Assembly (NCBI GenBank): GCA_002698665.1
Contig: NZZP01000007.1
Span: 1-50,586 of the forward strand
Direction of reading: 5' to 3'
Source: Gammaproteobacteria bacterium
Lineage (GTDB): Bacteria > Pseudomonadota > Gammaproteobacteria > GCA-002705445 > GCA-002716945
Length of the DNA: 50,586 nt
Part shown: in pieces, positions 7,899 to 17,616 of the stretch
Numbering within the stretch: the stretch's first letter is position 1
Layout: the number at the start of each line of letters is the position of its first letter
The notes under the pieces: generated by a model
The model's input: only the letters and a program-made list of their open reading frames with translations
The model's database searches: none
What the model was told of the DNA's origin: nothing
Translations under genes and position numbers: made by a program

Positions 7899-8984
7899 AT
7901 GCTATATTACTTTTTTGAATACCTAACACAATACTATTCATCTTTCGATGTATTTAGATATTTAACATTAAGAATAATATTATCAGCTTTAACTGCATTA
8001 GCTTTATCTTTAATTATAGGCCCTGTTGTGATTAGATATTTATCAAAAAATAGATTATATCAAACAATAAGAGAGGATGGTCCGCAATCACATTTAGACA
8101 AGAAATCAGAAACACCTTCAATGGGAGGCTTAATAATTATTATATCAGTATTAGTTAGCACTTTACTATGGGCGGACATATTTAGTAAATATATTTGGAT
8201 ATTGATATTTATTCTATTAACATTTGGATTAATTGGTTTTTATGACGATTATCAAAAATTTAGACATTCCTCAAGTGCGGGAATAAGTGGCAAAACCAAA
8301 CTACTTTACCAAATAATATTTTCGGGAATAATAGCTTATTTTATCTACACAACAGCTATGTCAAGTATTGAAACTAGCTTGACAATGCCATTTCTAAAGA
8401 ACTTTGCTTTGAATCTAGGCATTTTATTTATACCATGGACTATTTTTGTTATTGTAGGATCAAGTAACGCTGTCAATCTCACTGATGGTTTAGATGGTTT
8501 AGCGATACTGCCCTGTATTCTTATAGCTGCAGCATTTGTTTTGTTTGCGTATGTAGAAGGAAATTTTAATATAGCTAACTATTTATTGATACCCTACTTA
8601 TCTGGTGTTTCTGAAATAGCTATATTCTCTAGTGCTATCGTAGGGTCCGGGCTTGGATTTCTTTGGTACAACTCATATCCAGCACAGGTATTTATGGGAG
8701 ATGTGGGTTCTTTGTCGTTAGGTGCAATACTTGCAACTATAGCCGTACTTCTTAGGTTAGAGATAGTTTATGCAATTATGGGTGGAGTATTTGTTATGGA
8801 AGCACTCTCAGTGATGATTCAAGTAGCATCGTACAAAATTTTTAAAAAAAGGGTATTCAAAATGTCTCCAATACATCATCATTTTGAATTAAAAGGGTGG
8901 CCAGAGCCTAAAATTATAGTTCGATTTTGGATAATTACTTTTATACTTGTTTTGATTGCACTTGCGTCACTGAAAATCAGATAA
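7899..8984 (+). CDS. mraY: Phospho-N-acetylmuramoyl-pentapeptide transferase MraY
   Basis: A polytopic membrane protein with NAVNLTDGLDGLA, VFMGDVGSL and PIHHHFE motifs. Confidence 0.95.
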   Translation: MLYYFFEYLTQYYSSFDVFRYLTLRIILSALTALALSLIIGPVVIRYLSKNRLYQTIREDGPQSHLDKKSETPSMGGLIIIISVLVSTLLWADIFSKYIWILIFILLTFGLIGFYDDYQKFRHSSSAGISGKTKLLYQIIFSGIIAYFIYTTAMSSIETSLTMPFLKNFALNLGILFIPWTIFVIVGSSNAVNLTDGLDGLAILPCILIAAAFVLFAYVEGNFNIANYLLIPYLSGVSEIAIFSSAIVGSGLGFLWYNSYPAQVFMGDVGSLSLGAILATIAVLLRLEIVYAIMGGVFVMEALSVMIQVASYKIFKKRVFKMSPIHHHFELKGWPEPKIIVRFWIITFILVLIALASLKIR

Positions 8985-10298
8985 ATGAACAACACGAAAT
9001 TAATAATTGGTTTAGGTCTAACAGGTACTTCTTGTGCAGCATTTCTTAAAAAAAAATCAATTCCATTTATAATATTTGATACAAGACCAAAAACGGAGGT
9101 TGACGATAGATATATTGAGAATGAAGCTGAAAATATTTTCTTTGAAAATATAATGAAAAAAGATTTAATTAATGTCGATGAAGCGATAATTAGCCCAGGT
9201 CTTGATAAATCACATAAAGTATTTAAAATCTTGAAAGATTTGAATATAAATATTATTACTGATATAGATCTTTTCAAAAGATCAAATAGTATTCCAATAA
9301 TATCAATTACAGGAACAAATGGTAAAACTACTATTGTAAATATGTTACAACATGTTCTAAATAATATTGGAATCAACTCAATTGCATGTGGCAATAATGG
9401 TATATCACCATTATTAATTCCTAGTAGTCAATATAAATATATAATTTTGGAATTGTCTAGTTATCAACTAGACTATATGCATGACTATACATCATATATA
9501 AGTTTAATATCAAATATTGATCAAGATCATACTGATAGACACAAATCAATTGAACAATATATATCTGCTAAGAAAAAAATTTATAAGTCTACAAAATATT
9601 GTTTAGCTAATATCTCTCTAAAGGAAAATAGAATAAATCTATCTGATATTAATACGATTAGTTATTATGGAATAAATTCAAAATCAGAATGTATAATATA
9701 TGATAATAATTATAAAAATATTAATATATCTAATAGTAAAATTTCCTACAATAATCTATCACTAGATTATTTAGGAAAACATAACCTTGAAAATATATTA
9801 GCTGTCCTCTCTATCCTAAATATTATTAATATTGAACTTGACGATTCCTTGGCGGCATTTAAAGATTTTCTTTATCCATCGCATCGAATAGAGCTAATAA
9901 AAGAGACTAATGGGATACAATGGTTTAATGACTCTAAATCAACTAATTGCGCATCAACGATTGCAGCACTTGATGCTATGAAAAATAATACTATTTTAAT
10001 ACTTGGTGGTTCTAAAAAAAATATATCATATAGTAAGTTATCGAAAAATATTAATAATAAAGTCAAACTCCTAATTTATATAGGTGAGAATAAGAATTAT
10101 ATAAAAAATCAATTGAAAGTCGATGTAAGGTCAATTGATGCTAGTACTATGCAAGATGCTGTGCAAATTGCTATAAAATATGCAGTTAGAGGTGATAGTA
10201 TTTTGTTATCACCCGCAAGCCCAAGTTATGATATGTATAAAAATTATCAAATAAGAGGGAAAGATTTTAAAAATGCTATAGAAAAATATGTTATCTGA
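8985..10298 (+). CDS. murD: UDP-N-acetylmuramoylalanine--D-glutamate ligase MurD
   Basis: Has an N-terminal Rossmann-like GLGLTG and ITGTNGKTT, in the dcw position. Its ATG directly follows the mraY stop. Confidence 0.92.
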   Translation: MNNTKLIIGLGLTGTSCAAFLKKKSIPFIIFDTRPKTEVDDRYIENEAENIFFENIMKKDLINVDEAIISPGLDKSHKVFKILKDLNINIITDIDLFKRSNSIPIISITGTNGKTTIVNMLQHVLNNIGINSIACGNNGISPLLIPSSQYKYIILELSSYQLDYMHDYTSYISLISNIDQDHTDRHKSIEQYISAKKKIYKSTKYCLANISLKENRINLSDINTISYYGINSKSECIIYDNNYKNINISNSKISYNNLSLDYLGKHNLENILAVLSILNIINIELDDSLAAFKDFLYPSHRIELIKETNGIQWFNDSKSTNCASTIAALDAMKNNTILILGGSKKNISYSKLSKNINNKVKLLIYIGENKNYIKNQLKVDVRSIDASTMQDAVQIAIKYAVRGDSILLSPASPSYDMYKNYQIRGKDFKNAIEKYVI

Positions 10299-11442
10299 AT
10301 TCATCAAAACTAGATTACTAAGAAGTGAAAGTCAAGGTATTGATCAGACCTTAATAACTTGTTTTGCTGCACTTGTAGCTATTGGCTTCATAATGATTAC
10401 TTCAGCAACACTTGATTATGCATTACAAGTAAAGTCTAATTCTTTTTACTTTACAATCAAACATTCTATATACATGCTCTTTGGGCTATTCATTTCAATT
10501 GTTGTCTCTAAAATTAAGTTGAGTTTTTATAATGATTACAGCAAACTGTTCTTGTTAATTGCTTTCATCATTTCATTAATTATTTTTATACCTGGATTTG
10601 GAAGGGAGATTAATGGCGCTAAAAGATGGTTAGATCTAGGATTTATAACTATTCAGGTATCTGAAATCTCACGATTTTTTATTATGATATGGATATGTAG
10701 TTTTATATCAAAAAGAGATGTAAATTTGTCATTTAACAAATGTCTACTTATAGTTGCAATTTTATGCGCTATTATATTATCTCAAAGGGATTTTGGTAGT
10801 GCAGCTCTGCTTATCTTTACATTTTTTTCACTGATGTTTGTTGCCGGATTACATCTTAAAAAATTATTCTACTATTTTACTATTGTTTTTATAATATCAA
10901 TTCCATTAATTATTTATCAACCATATAGATTGAAAAGAGTTATATCATTTATGAACCCATGGGATGACCCTTCTGGCAGTGGTTATCAACTTATTGCTTC
11001 ATTACTAGCATTTGGCAAAGGAGGTTTCTTCGGTTTAGGTCTAGGGTCAAGTATTCAGAAGTTAAACTATTTACCAGAATCATATAATGATTTTATTTTT
11101 GCTCTCATTGCTGAAGAGCTAGGCTTATTTTTTACACTTATAATTATTTCTCTATTTATGATAATATTTATCAGAATTATAAGACTGGCTAATAAATCTA
11201 TTGATAACAATATGATCTTTGCGTCAAATCTTTCTTTTACCATAGGTTTTTTCATAATATATCAGGCTCTTATTCATATTCTTGTTAACACAGGTTTAGC
11301 TCCCACCAAAGGAATGGGTTTGCCAATGATAAGTTATGGCGGGACAAATCTATTAATGATGTTTCTCTTTATGGGACTATTGGTTAGAATACAAATTGAA
11401 AACCGACAAAAAATAAGTCAAGCAGTAAGACGAGGTTATTAA
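10288..11442 (+). CDS. ftsW: Peptidoglycan glycosyltransferase FtsW (SEDS family)
   Basis: A protein with about 10 TM helices and the motifs INGAKRWL, PWDDPSGSGYQL, PESYNDFIF and GLPMISYGGT. Confidence 0.92.
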   Translation: MLSEFIKTRLLRSESQGIDQTLITCFAALVAIGFIMITSATLDYALQVKSNSFYFTIKHSIYMLFGLFISIVVSKIKLSFYNDYSKLFLLIAFIISLIIFIPGFGREINGAKRWLDLGFITIQVSEISRFFIMIWICSFISKRDVNLSFNKCLLIVAILCAIILSQRDFGSAALLIFTFFSLMFVAGLHLKKLFYYFTIVFIISIPLIIYQPYRLKRVISFMNPWDDPSGSGYQLIASLLAFGKGGFFGLGLGSSIQKLNYLPESYNDFIFALIAEELGLFFTLIIISLFMIIFIRIIRLANKSIDNNMIFASNLSFTIGFFIIYQALIHILVNTGLAPTKGMGLPMISYGGTNLLMMFLFMGLLVRIQIENRQKISQAVRRGY

Positions 11443-12515
11443 TGCAATATATTGCCATTTTTGCCAGTGGGACAGGTGGACATGTTTATCCAGCATATGC
11501 TATGGCTATGCGTTATATAGATAAAGGTTATAAAATCCTATGGATTGGCACAGATAATGGATTAGAGAATAGGGTAATTAAAGATAGCAATATCATTATT
11601 AAAGGTATTAGATCTTCAGGGGTTAGAGGAAAATCTAGATATCAACAAATCAAATCTGTTTTTAATTTATTTATATCAACTATTCAAGCATTTTTAATAC
11701 TTAGTAAGTTTAAACCATCATTAGCCCTAGGTTTTGGTGGTTATGTAAGTGTTGGTCCTTCCATATGTTCATTTATTTTACAAATACCACTTACAATACA
11801 TGAACAAAATTCCATCGCAGGCACTGCAAATAGAATAAATTACTATCTAGCTAAGAAAGTTTATGAAACTTATCCATCTTGTTTTAATAAATATAGTGAT
11901 AAAATTTATCATACTGGTAATCCTACTAGAAACATCTTTAAAAATATATCAAAACCAGAAGATAAGTATAGTAGCAATAAGTCTATTATAAATGTTTTGG
12001 TTATGGGTGGTAGTCAAGGTGCTCTTTTTCTAAATAATACAATGCCATTTGCTTTTTCACATTTTCATGTGGATAATATCTTCATAAAACATATTGCTGG
12101 CAAAGATAAGACTGCATTAATACAAGATAAATATAAATCATATGGAATCAAATCTGAAGTAATTGATTATTCAAATAATATTGATGAGCTTTATGATTGG
12201 AGTGACTTGATTATAGGTAGAGCCGGATCAACATCAATATCAGAAATCTCAAAAATTGGTAGAGCGTTAGTTTTAGTACCATTTAAATATGCTACAGATA
12301 ACCACCAATTGTATAATGCTAAATATCTAGCTGATAATTCCGCCGCAATATTATTAGAAGAAAAAGATGATTTTATAGAAAACTTCATTACAATAGTTAA
12401 TATATTATTAAATGATCAGAAAAGAATGTATGCTCTATCAAAAAATATACAGAGTATTTTTCCTAATGATGCAGAGAATATTATATTAAATCATTCTATG
12501 GATTATATTAAATAA
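11442..12515 (+). CDS. murG: UDP-N-acetylglucosamine--N-acetylmuramyl-(pentapeptide) pyrophosphoryl-undecaprenol GlcNAc transferase MurG
   Basis: GTGGHVYPA, HEQNSIAGTANR, GGSQGA and RAGSTSISE are typical MurG motifs. Confidence 0.93.
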   Translation: MQYIAIFASGTGGHVYPAYAMAMRYIDKGYKILWIGTDNGLENRVIKDSNIIIKGIRSSGVRGKSRYQQIKSVFNLFISTIQAFLILSKFKPSLALGFGGYVSVGPSICSFILQIPLTIHEQNSIAGTANRINYYLAKKVYETYPSCFNKYSDKIYHTGNPTRNIFKNISKPEDKYSSNKSIINVLVMGGSQGALFLNNTMPFAFSHFHVDNIFIKHIAGKDKTALIQDKYKSYGIKSEVIDYSNNIDELYDWSDLIIGRAGSTSISEISKIGRALVLVPFKYATDNHQLYNAKYLADNSAAILLEEKDDFIENFITIVNILLNDQKRMYALSKNIQSIFPNDAENIILNHSMDYIK

Positions 12516-12516
12516 A

Positions 12517-13371
12517 GTGATAATAAAAAAAAATATATCATTAAAAACATTTACAACTATTAGATTAGGCGGAATTGGAAAAAAAATATTATTTCCAGAA
12601 AATCTTGAGGATATTCATAGTATTACCGATATTCTTATTTCTCCAAAAACATTAATTTTAGGTAAAGGATCAAATATTGCATTTAATGATAAAGGCTATA
12701 ATGGGAACATAATATCTCTAAAATATTTTAAAAAAACAGACATCAGTATTGAAAATAAAAAATATATTAATTTATCAGCTAATATATCATGTGCGAGATT
12801 GGCAAAATACTGTTATAAGAAAAAGATACCAGGATTTGAGTTTCTTCATGGAATCCCGGGTACTCTTGGTGGTGCTTTAATAATGAATGCTGGTGCTTTT
12901 AAACAGGAGATATGGGATTCTGTTCATTCGGCTAGATTTGTTGATTCTCATGGAGCACTTAAGGTTTGGCCAAGAGAGAGATTCAAGACTTCATATCGGA
13001 AAATATATCGTGACAAAATAGCTCTTTTCTTAGATTTGACACTAATGATTAATACAAAGAAAAAATTCAATAAAGACTTGTTAGGCAAATACTCTAACTT
13101 AAGAACTGATACACAGCCAGTCAAGCAATGGTCTTCTGGATGTATTTTTAAAAACCCATCTAAAGATATTTCAGCAAGCTATCTAATTGACTCATCTGAT
13201 ATTTTACCTAGAAGGATTGGTGGGATATATATTTCTAACAAGCACTGCAATTATTTTATAAATGATGGAACGGGCACATGTAAAGACTTGGTTAAATTAA
13301 TAGAACATGTACAAAATGTTGTTAAAGGCAAATATAATATATTATTAAAAAAGGAAATATGTATATTCTGA
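12517..13371 (+). CDS. murB: UDP-N-acetylenolpyruvoylglucosamine reductase MurB (short type)
   Basis: Has an FAD-binding PCMH-type N-terminus (TTIRLGG, GKGSNI, GIPGTLGGALIMNAGA) and a C-terminal SSGCIFKNP. It has a GTG start 1 nt after the murG stop. Confidence 0.88.
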   Translation: MIIKKNISLKTFTTIRLGGIGKKILFPENLEDIHSITDILISPKTLILGKGSNIAFNDKGYNGNIISLKYFKKTDISIENKKYINLSANISCARLAKYCYKKKIPGFEFLHGIPGTLGGALIMNAGAFKQEIWDSVHSARFVDSHGALKVWPRERFKTSYRKIYRDKIALFLDLTLMINTKKKFNKDLLGKYSNLRTDTQPVKQWSSGCIFKNPSKDISASYLIDSSDILPRRIGGIYISNKHCNYFINDGTGTCKDLVKLIEHVQNVVKGKYNILLKKEICIF

Positions 13372-13372
13372 T

Positions 13373-14320
13373 ATGGATGATTATTTGAAAATAGCAATAT
13401 TATGTGGTGGGTGGTCAGATGAAAGATTAATCTCACTTAAAAGTGGAGAATCAGTACATAAATGTCTCATTGATAATAATGTGAAATCTAAATTATTTGA
13501 TTTTAAAATCAATGACAAGCTTTTACTTTATAAATTTCTTAAAGATAACTCCATTAATCTTGTATTTAACTTAATGCATGGAACTGGTGGAGAAGATGGT
13601 ACTGTTCAAGAGTATTTAGAGTCAATCTCCATGAAATATATAGGATCAAATTCATTATCATCAAAAATTTCATTTAATAAACTTAAGAGTAAAGAATGCT
13701 GGATTTCTAATAATATAAATACACCAAAATATATTCCATTGACGAGAGAAAATTTGAATGTAAAGTTGGTTAGTACTCTCGGTGATAAAGTCGTACTCAA
13801 ACCATCCGAATCAGGGTCTAGTGTGGGAATAAAGATATTAAGTTCTAAAAAAATCTTTGATACTAAAAACTCCAGAGAACTCATAGAGTTAGAAAAATTA
13901 TGCGTGAATTCTGACTTATCTGAACCAATATATTTTTTAGAGGAATATATTAATTATAATGAGTATACAGCACCAATCATCAAAAATAAGATTTTCCCGG
14001 TGATAAAGATAGACACAAAAAGAGAGTTTTATGACTATAATGCAAAATATATAGATGATGATACATCCTTTACTTTTCCTGTCTTTGATACAGACCATCA
14101 AAAAATGATTAATGACACAGTGCTTCAAGCTTTTAAGTCTTTAGGATGTAGTGACTGGGGAAGAGTTGACTTCTTCATGAATGATGATGGTAAAATTCAA
14201 TTGATAGAGATAAATTCAATCCCAGGCATGACTGACCATAGTTTAGTTCCAATGTCTGCAAAAAAAAATAATTTGAACTATTATGATTTATTGAAAATAT
14301 TACTTGATATTAAAGTATGA
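13373..14320 (+). CDS. ddl: D-alanine--D-alanine ligase
   Basis: IAILCGGWSDERLISLKSG, LHGTGGEDGTVQ, an ATP-grasp core, and RVDFFMNDDGKIQLIEINSIPGMT are present. Confidence 0.9.
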   Translation: MDDYLKIAILCGGWSDERLISLKSGESVHKCLIDNNVKSKLFDFKINDKLLLYKFLKDNSINLVFNLMHGTGGEDGTVQEYLESISMKYIGSNSLSSKISFNKLKSKECWISNNINTPKYIPLTRENLNVKLVSTLGDKVVLKPSESGSSVGIKILSSKKIFDTKNSRELIELEKLCVNSDLSEPIYFLEEYINYNEYTAPIIKNKIFPVIKIDTKREFYDYNAKYIDDDTSFTFPVFDTDHQKMINDTVLQAFKSLGCSDWGRVDFFMNDDGKIQLIEINSIPGMTDHSLVPMSAKKNNLNYYDLLKILLDIKV

Positions 14321-14982
14321 CGAAAAAATATTTTATATTTCTTATTTTAATAGCAACTTTTGGATTTCTTTATAACTATGATAAGTTTTTACCTGGAGAT
14401 TTAATCAAAGAAGTAATTGTTGAATCAAATATTATAAATAGTGATAAAAAAACTCTAAATCAAGTCATCAATAAGACTATTGGGAAACAAGCATATAAAA
14501 TAGATTTAAGACAGATTAAAAAAGAATTAGAAATAGACCCCTGGATAAAAAATACACAAGTAATACTCAAGCCACCAGATACAATCATCATTAATATAAA
14601 AGAATATGATCCTATTTTTTTATGGAATAATTTAGTATATGTAGATTTAGAAGGTAATTTGATTAAGTCTGAACAACTAATTCTAGATGATATTTTAGAG
14701 TTAAATAGTAATATAGGTTCTGCTATAGAAAATTATAATAATTATCTCATTATTCGAGACATACTAGATAGTATAGAATTAAATATAAATAAAATATCAC
14801 GTAATAATGATGTGATGACCATAGATACTGGAAAATATTTATTTAAATTAAGATTTTCTCAGTATAAGCCTAAGTTATATGATTTCGTAAGTATTTATAA
14901 CCAATTCATTAATTCTCAAAAAAATAATAGCTCAAAGCAAATTATAGATTTAAGATATTCTACTGGTTTTGCTGTACAGTAA
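14317..14982 (+). CDS. ftsQ: Cell division protein FtsQ
   Basis: Has an N-terminal TM helix and a POTRA-like region (IKEVIVESN...IDLRQIKKELEIDPWIKNTQV...IIINIKEYDP). It sits between ddl and ftsA, with an ATGA overlap with ddl. Confidence 0.8.
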   Translation: MTKKYFIFLILIATFGFLYNYDKFLPGDLIKEVIVESNIINSDKKTLNQVINKTIGKQAYKIDLRQIKKELEIDPWIKNTQVILKPPDTIIINIKEYDPIFLWNNLVYVDLEGNLIKSEQLILDDILELNSNIGSAIENYNNYLIIRDILDSIELNINKISRNNDVMTIDTGKYLFKLRFSQYKPKLYDFVSIYNQFINSQKNNSSKQIIDLRYSTGFAVQ

Positions 14983-15030
14983 TTATTAATATTATATTTT
15001 GATGTACTGTAAATAATGATATTATGGTAT

Positions 15031-16281
15031 ATGGCAAAAAATTCTACCAATAATGAATTCATTGTGGCTCTTGATATTGGAACTACTAAGGTATTATGTC
15101 TTGTAGCAGATTATGATGATGATGGCCAAATGAGAATCGTTGGTGTGGGTCAAGAAAGTTGTAAAGGACTAAACAAAGGTGTGATATCTGAAATAGATAC
15201 GACGGTAATGAGTATTAGGAAGGCTAAAGATAAAGCTAAAGCCATGACAAACTGTAAATTTAATACAGTTACTACTGGAATCGCCGGCAACCATATTCAA
15301 AGTTATAATGGAAATGCTGCCATTAATATAATGAATGATGAAGTGACTGAAGAAGATAAAGCTAAAGTTATACAGAATGCTAGTGACATAGATATCCCTC
15401 CAGACCAGGAGATTCTTCATAGGATACCGCAGTATTTCACAATTGATGGACAAATGGGTATTAAAGAACCGTTAGGTATGGCAGGTAAAAGACTAGAAGC
15501 TAATGTTCATGTGATAACATGTTCTACTACGGCTAAAAAAAATTTAATAAAGTGCATTGAAAATAGTTTCTTAGATGTAGATGAATTTGTTCTTCAGCCA
15601 GTTGCTTCAAGTTACTCTGTATTAACAGACGAAGAAAAATCTCTTGGTGTATGCTTAGTTGATATTGGTGGAGGAACGACAGATATAGCAATCTTTACTG
15701 ATGGAGATATTAAGCATACCGCAGTTATTCCTATTGCAGGTCAGATGATTACAAATGATATTAGAATCGGATTATGTACATCGCTAGAGGCATCAGAGGA
15801 AATTAAAAAAAAGTATGGTAGTTTACAAAATGACCCAAGTGATAGTGAAATTAAGATTCCAGTCCCATCTGTTTCAGATAAACCAGATACAGAAATAGCA
15901 AAATCTGTACTAACTCATATTATAACTTGTAGAATAGACGAAATTTTTACCCAAATCCAAAATGAAATTAATTCAAGTGGTTGGTCGTCTAAAATTAGAG
16001 CAGGTATTGTATTTACCGGTGGGGGATCTAAAATATTAGGAATTGATGATCATGCACAAAATAAATTTTCTATATCTGCAAGAGTAGGAAGTCCAAAACC
16101 AATCCCTGGAATCACTAACTTGAATGGCCTCACTCGATATTCTACAGCTGTTGGATTATTACTATATAGAGAAGCTCAATTAAAAATGATGCCTCACCGA
16201 CAACAGTCCAACAACTCTTTTTTTCAATCTATAACGAAGTTTTGGAATAAGTTATCAGCTTATTTTGATAAAGAACTTTAG
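15031..16281 (+). CDS. ftsA: Cell division protein FtsA
   Basis: Actin-like ATPase motifs are present (ALDIGTTKV, VDIGGGTTDIA, VFTGGGSKI), along with a C-terminal amphipathic membrane-targeting helix. I chose the start at the second in-frame ATG. Confidence 0.95.
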   Translation: MAKNSTNNEFIVALDIGTTKVLCLVADYDDDGQMRIVGVGQESCKGLNKGVISEIDTTVMSIRKAKDKAKAMTNCKFNTVTTGIAGNHIQSYNGNAAINIMNDEVTEEDKAKVIQNASDIDIPPDQEILHRIPQYFTIDGQMGIKEPLGMAGKRLEANVHVITCSTTAKKNLIKCIENSFLDVDEFVLQPVASSYSVLTDEEKSLGVCLVDIGGGTTDIAIFTDGDIKHTAVIPIAGQMITNDIRIGLCTSLEASEEIKKKYGSLQNDPSDSEIKIPVPSVSDKPDTEIAKSVLTHIITCRIDEIFTQIQNEINSSGWSSKIRAGIVFTGGGSKILGIDDHAQNKFSISARVGSPKPIPGITNLNGLTRYSTAVGLLLYREAQLKMMPHRQQSNNSFFQSITKFWNKLSAYFDKEL

Positions 16282-16375
16282 CCAATTAATATTGTCTTAT
16301 ATGTATATATGATTTAATACTTCTAAATCCTTGAATATACTGTGGTTTCATTTAAAATAAGCTAGGTACTAAAAT

Positions 16376-17293
16376 ATGTTAAAGCAAAGAACATTATCAA
16401 GTAAAATAAAGGCATCAGGTGTAGGCCTTCATACGGGAAAAAAGATTAGTTTAACTCTAAAACCAGCAATGCCAAATACTGGTATAATTTTCAAAAGAAC
16501 TGACATTAGCTGTGACTCTATTCAGGCGTCCCTTGAAAATGTATTTGATACAAGGCTATCTACTTCTCTTTCATCAAAATCAGCAAAAATTTCTACTGTA
16601 GAACACTTATTATCTGCTCTTGCTGGTTTAGGAATAGATAATGCTGAAGTTGAATTAGATGGACCTGAAGTTCCCATTATGGATGGCAGTGCTAGACCAT
16701 TTGTATTTATGATTCAGTCCGCTGGTATAAAAGAACAACAAGATAGTAAAAAATTTATTAAAATCATGAAAACTGTAAATGTTAAACAAGGTGAAAAATG
16801 GGCTAAGATAGAACCATTCAATGGTTTTAAGGTTGCGTTTACAATTGATTTTGATCATCCTGCTTTCAATAAATCATCACAATCATCAGAGATTGATTTT
16901 TCATCTGTGTCTTATCTTAGTCAGGTAAGCAGGGCTAGAACTTTCGGGTTCACCAAAGATATAGAACTTCTCCGTAAGAATAACTTAGCTCTTGGAGGAA
17001 GTGTTGATAACGCTATTGTCATAGATGACTATAAAGTTATAAATGAAGAAGGAGTCAGATTTCAAGATGAATTTGTTAAACATAAGATATTAGATGCAAT
17101 CGGTGATTTATATCTTTTAGGACATGGTCTTATTGGTTCTTTTTCAGCATTTAAATCAGGTCATCATCTGAATAATTTGCTACTTAGAGAATTAGTTAAT
17201 AATCATGACGCATGGGAAAAAGTCGAGATGGAAGATAATGAACAAGCTCCTATCTTTTATACCTCACCAGAGCCTGCTGTTTCAGAAAATTAA
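16376..17293 (+). CDS. lpxC: UDP-3-O-acyl-N-acetylglucosamine deacetylase LpxC
   Basis: [44 protein letters not shown] and SGHHLNN are present. Confidence 0.95.
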   Translation: MLKQRTLSSKIKASGVGLHTGKKISLTLKPAMPNTGIIFKRTDISCDSIQASLENVFDTRLSTSLSSKSAKISTVEHLLSALAGLGIDNAEVELDGPEVPIMDGSARPFVFMIQSAGIKEQQDSKKFIKIMKTVNVKQGEKWAKIEPFNGFKVAFTIDFDHPAFNKSSQSSEIDFSSVSYLSQVSRARTFGFTKDIELLRKNNLALGGSVDNAIVIDDYKVINEEGVRFQDEFVKHKILDAIGDLYLLGHGLIGSFSAFKSGHHLNNLLLRELVNNHDAWEKVEMEDNEQAPIFYTSPEPAVSEN

Positions 17294-17559
17294 TCTGAAA
17301 TTACTACCTTGATATCGTCTACCTGACAGATAGTATTATTCTTTAATAAATCTATATATTTTTGTTTTTCAAACCTCATTATCGTTGCAATAGAACTATT
17401 TTTACAAGATATAATCAGTGTATGATCTTTAATAGAGTTAATCTCTATACCTAAAAAGACATCTTCTGGATATACTTTATGAATATATGCACTTAATTCC
17501 TTGATTAAAGCACTCTTATTGATAATATTCACAGGTATGAATGATGATATTTTCTTCAT
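17290..17559 (-). CDS. DUF721 (DciA-like) small protein
   Basis: An 89-aa protein with the pattern ...[27 protein letters not shown]...V, typical of DUF721. It sits in the conserved slot between lpxC and secA, divergent from secA. This is a family-level call only. Confidence 0.5.
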   Translation of the reverse strand: MKKISSFIPVNIINKSALIKELSAYIHKVYPEDVFLGIEINSIKDHTLIISCKNSSIATIMRFEKQKYIDLLKNNTICQVDDIKVVISD

Positions 17560-17616
17560 GAGCTATTATACTAATTGTACGACACAGTAGCTGATGTATG
17601 CAATATATAAGACACA

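Noticed and set aside
8879-9394. A 171-aa ORF antisense to the mraY 3' end and the murD 5' end. This is long for AT-rich DNA.
   Set aside because: Its translation is a Phe/Ile/Leu/Ser-rich mirror of the Lys/Asn/Glu-rich sense genes. In this antisense frame a stop requires sense Tyr, His or Gln codons preceded by particular third bases, and the local sense sequence happens to avoid these. It has no SD, no recognisable domain, and spans a gene junction.
5270-14268. A9 homopolymer tracts inside coding regions (murE 5270-5278, murB 12525-12533, ddl 14260-14268), considered as possible slippage or frameshift sites.
   Set aside because: All three genes read through in frame at full length. The tracts simply encode Lys-Lys-Lys in an AT-rich genome, and nothing suggests a need for slippage.
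16282-16375. The ftsA-lpxC spacer, examined for an ftsZ pseudogene remnant or a mobile-element scar.
   Set aside because: It is only 94 nt of AT-rich sequence. It shows no recognisable FtsZ-coding fragment in any frame and no terminal repeats, and it probably just carries the lpxC promoter and RBS.
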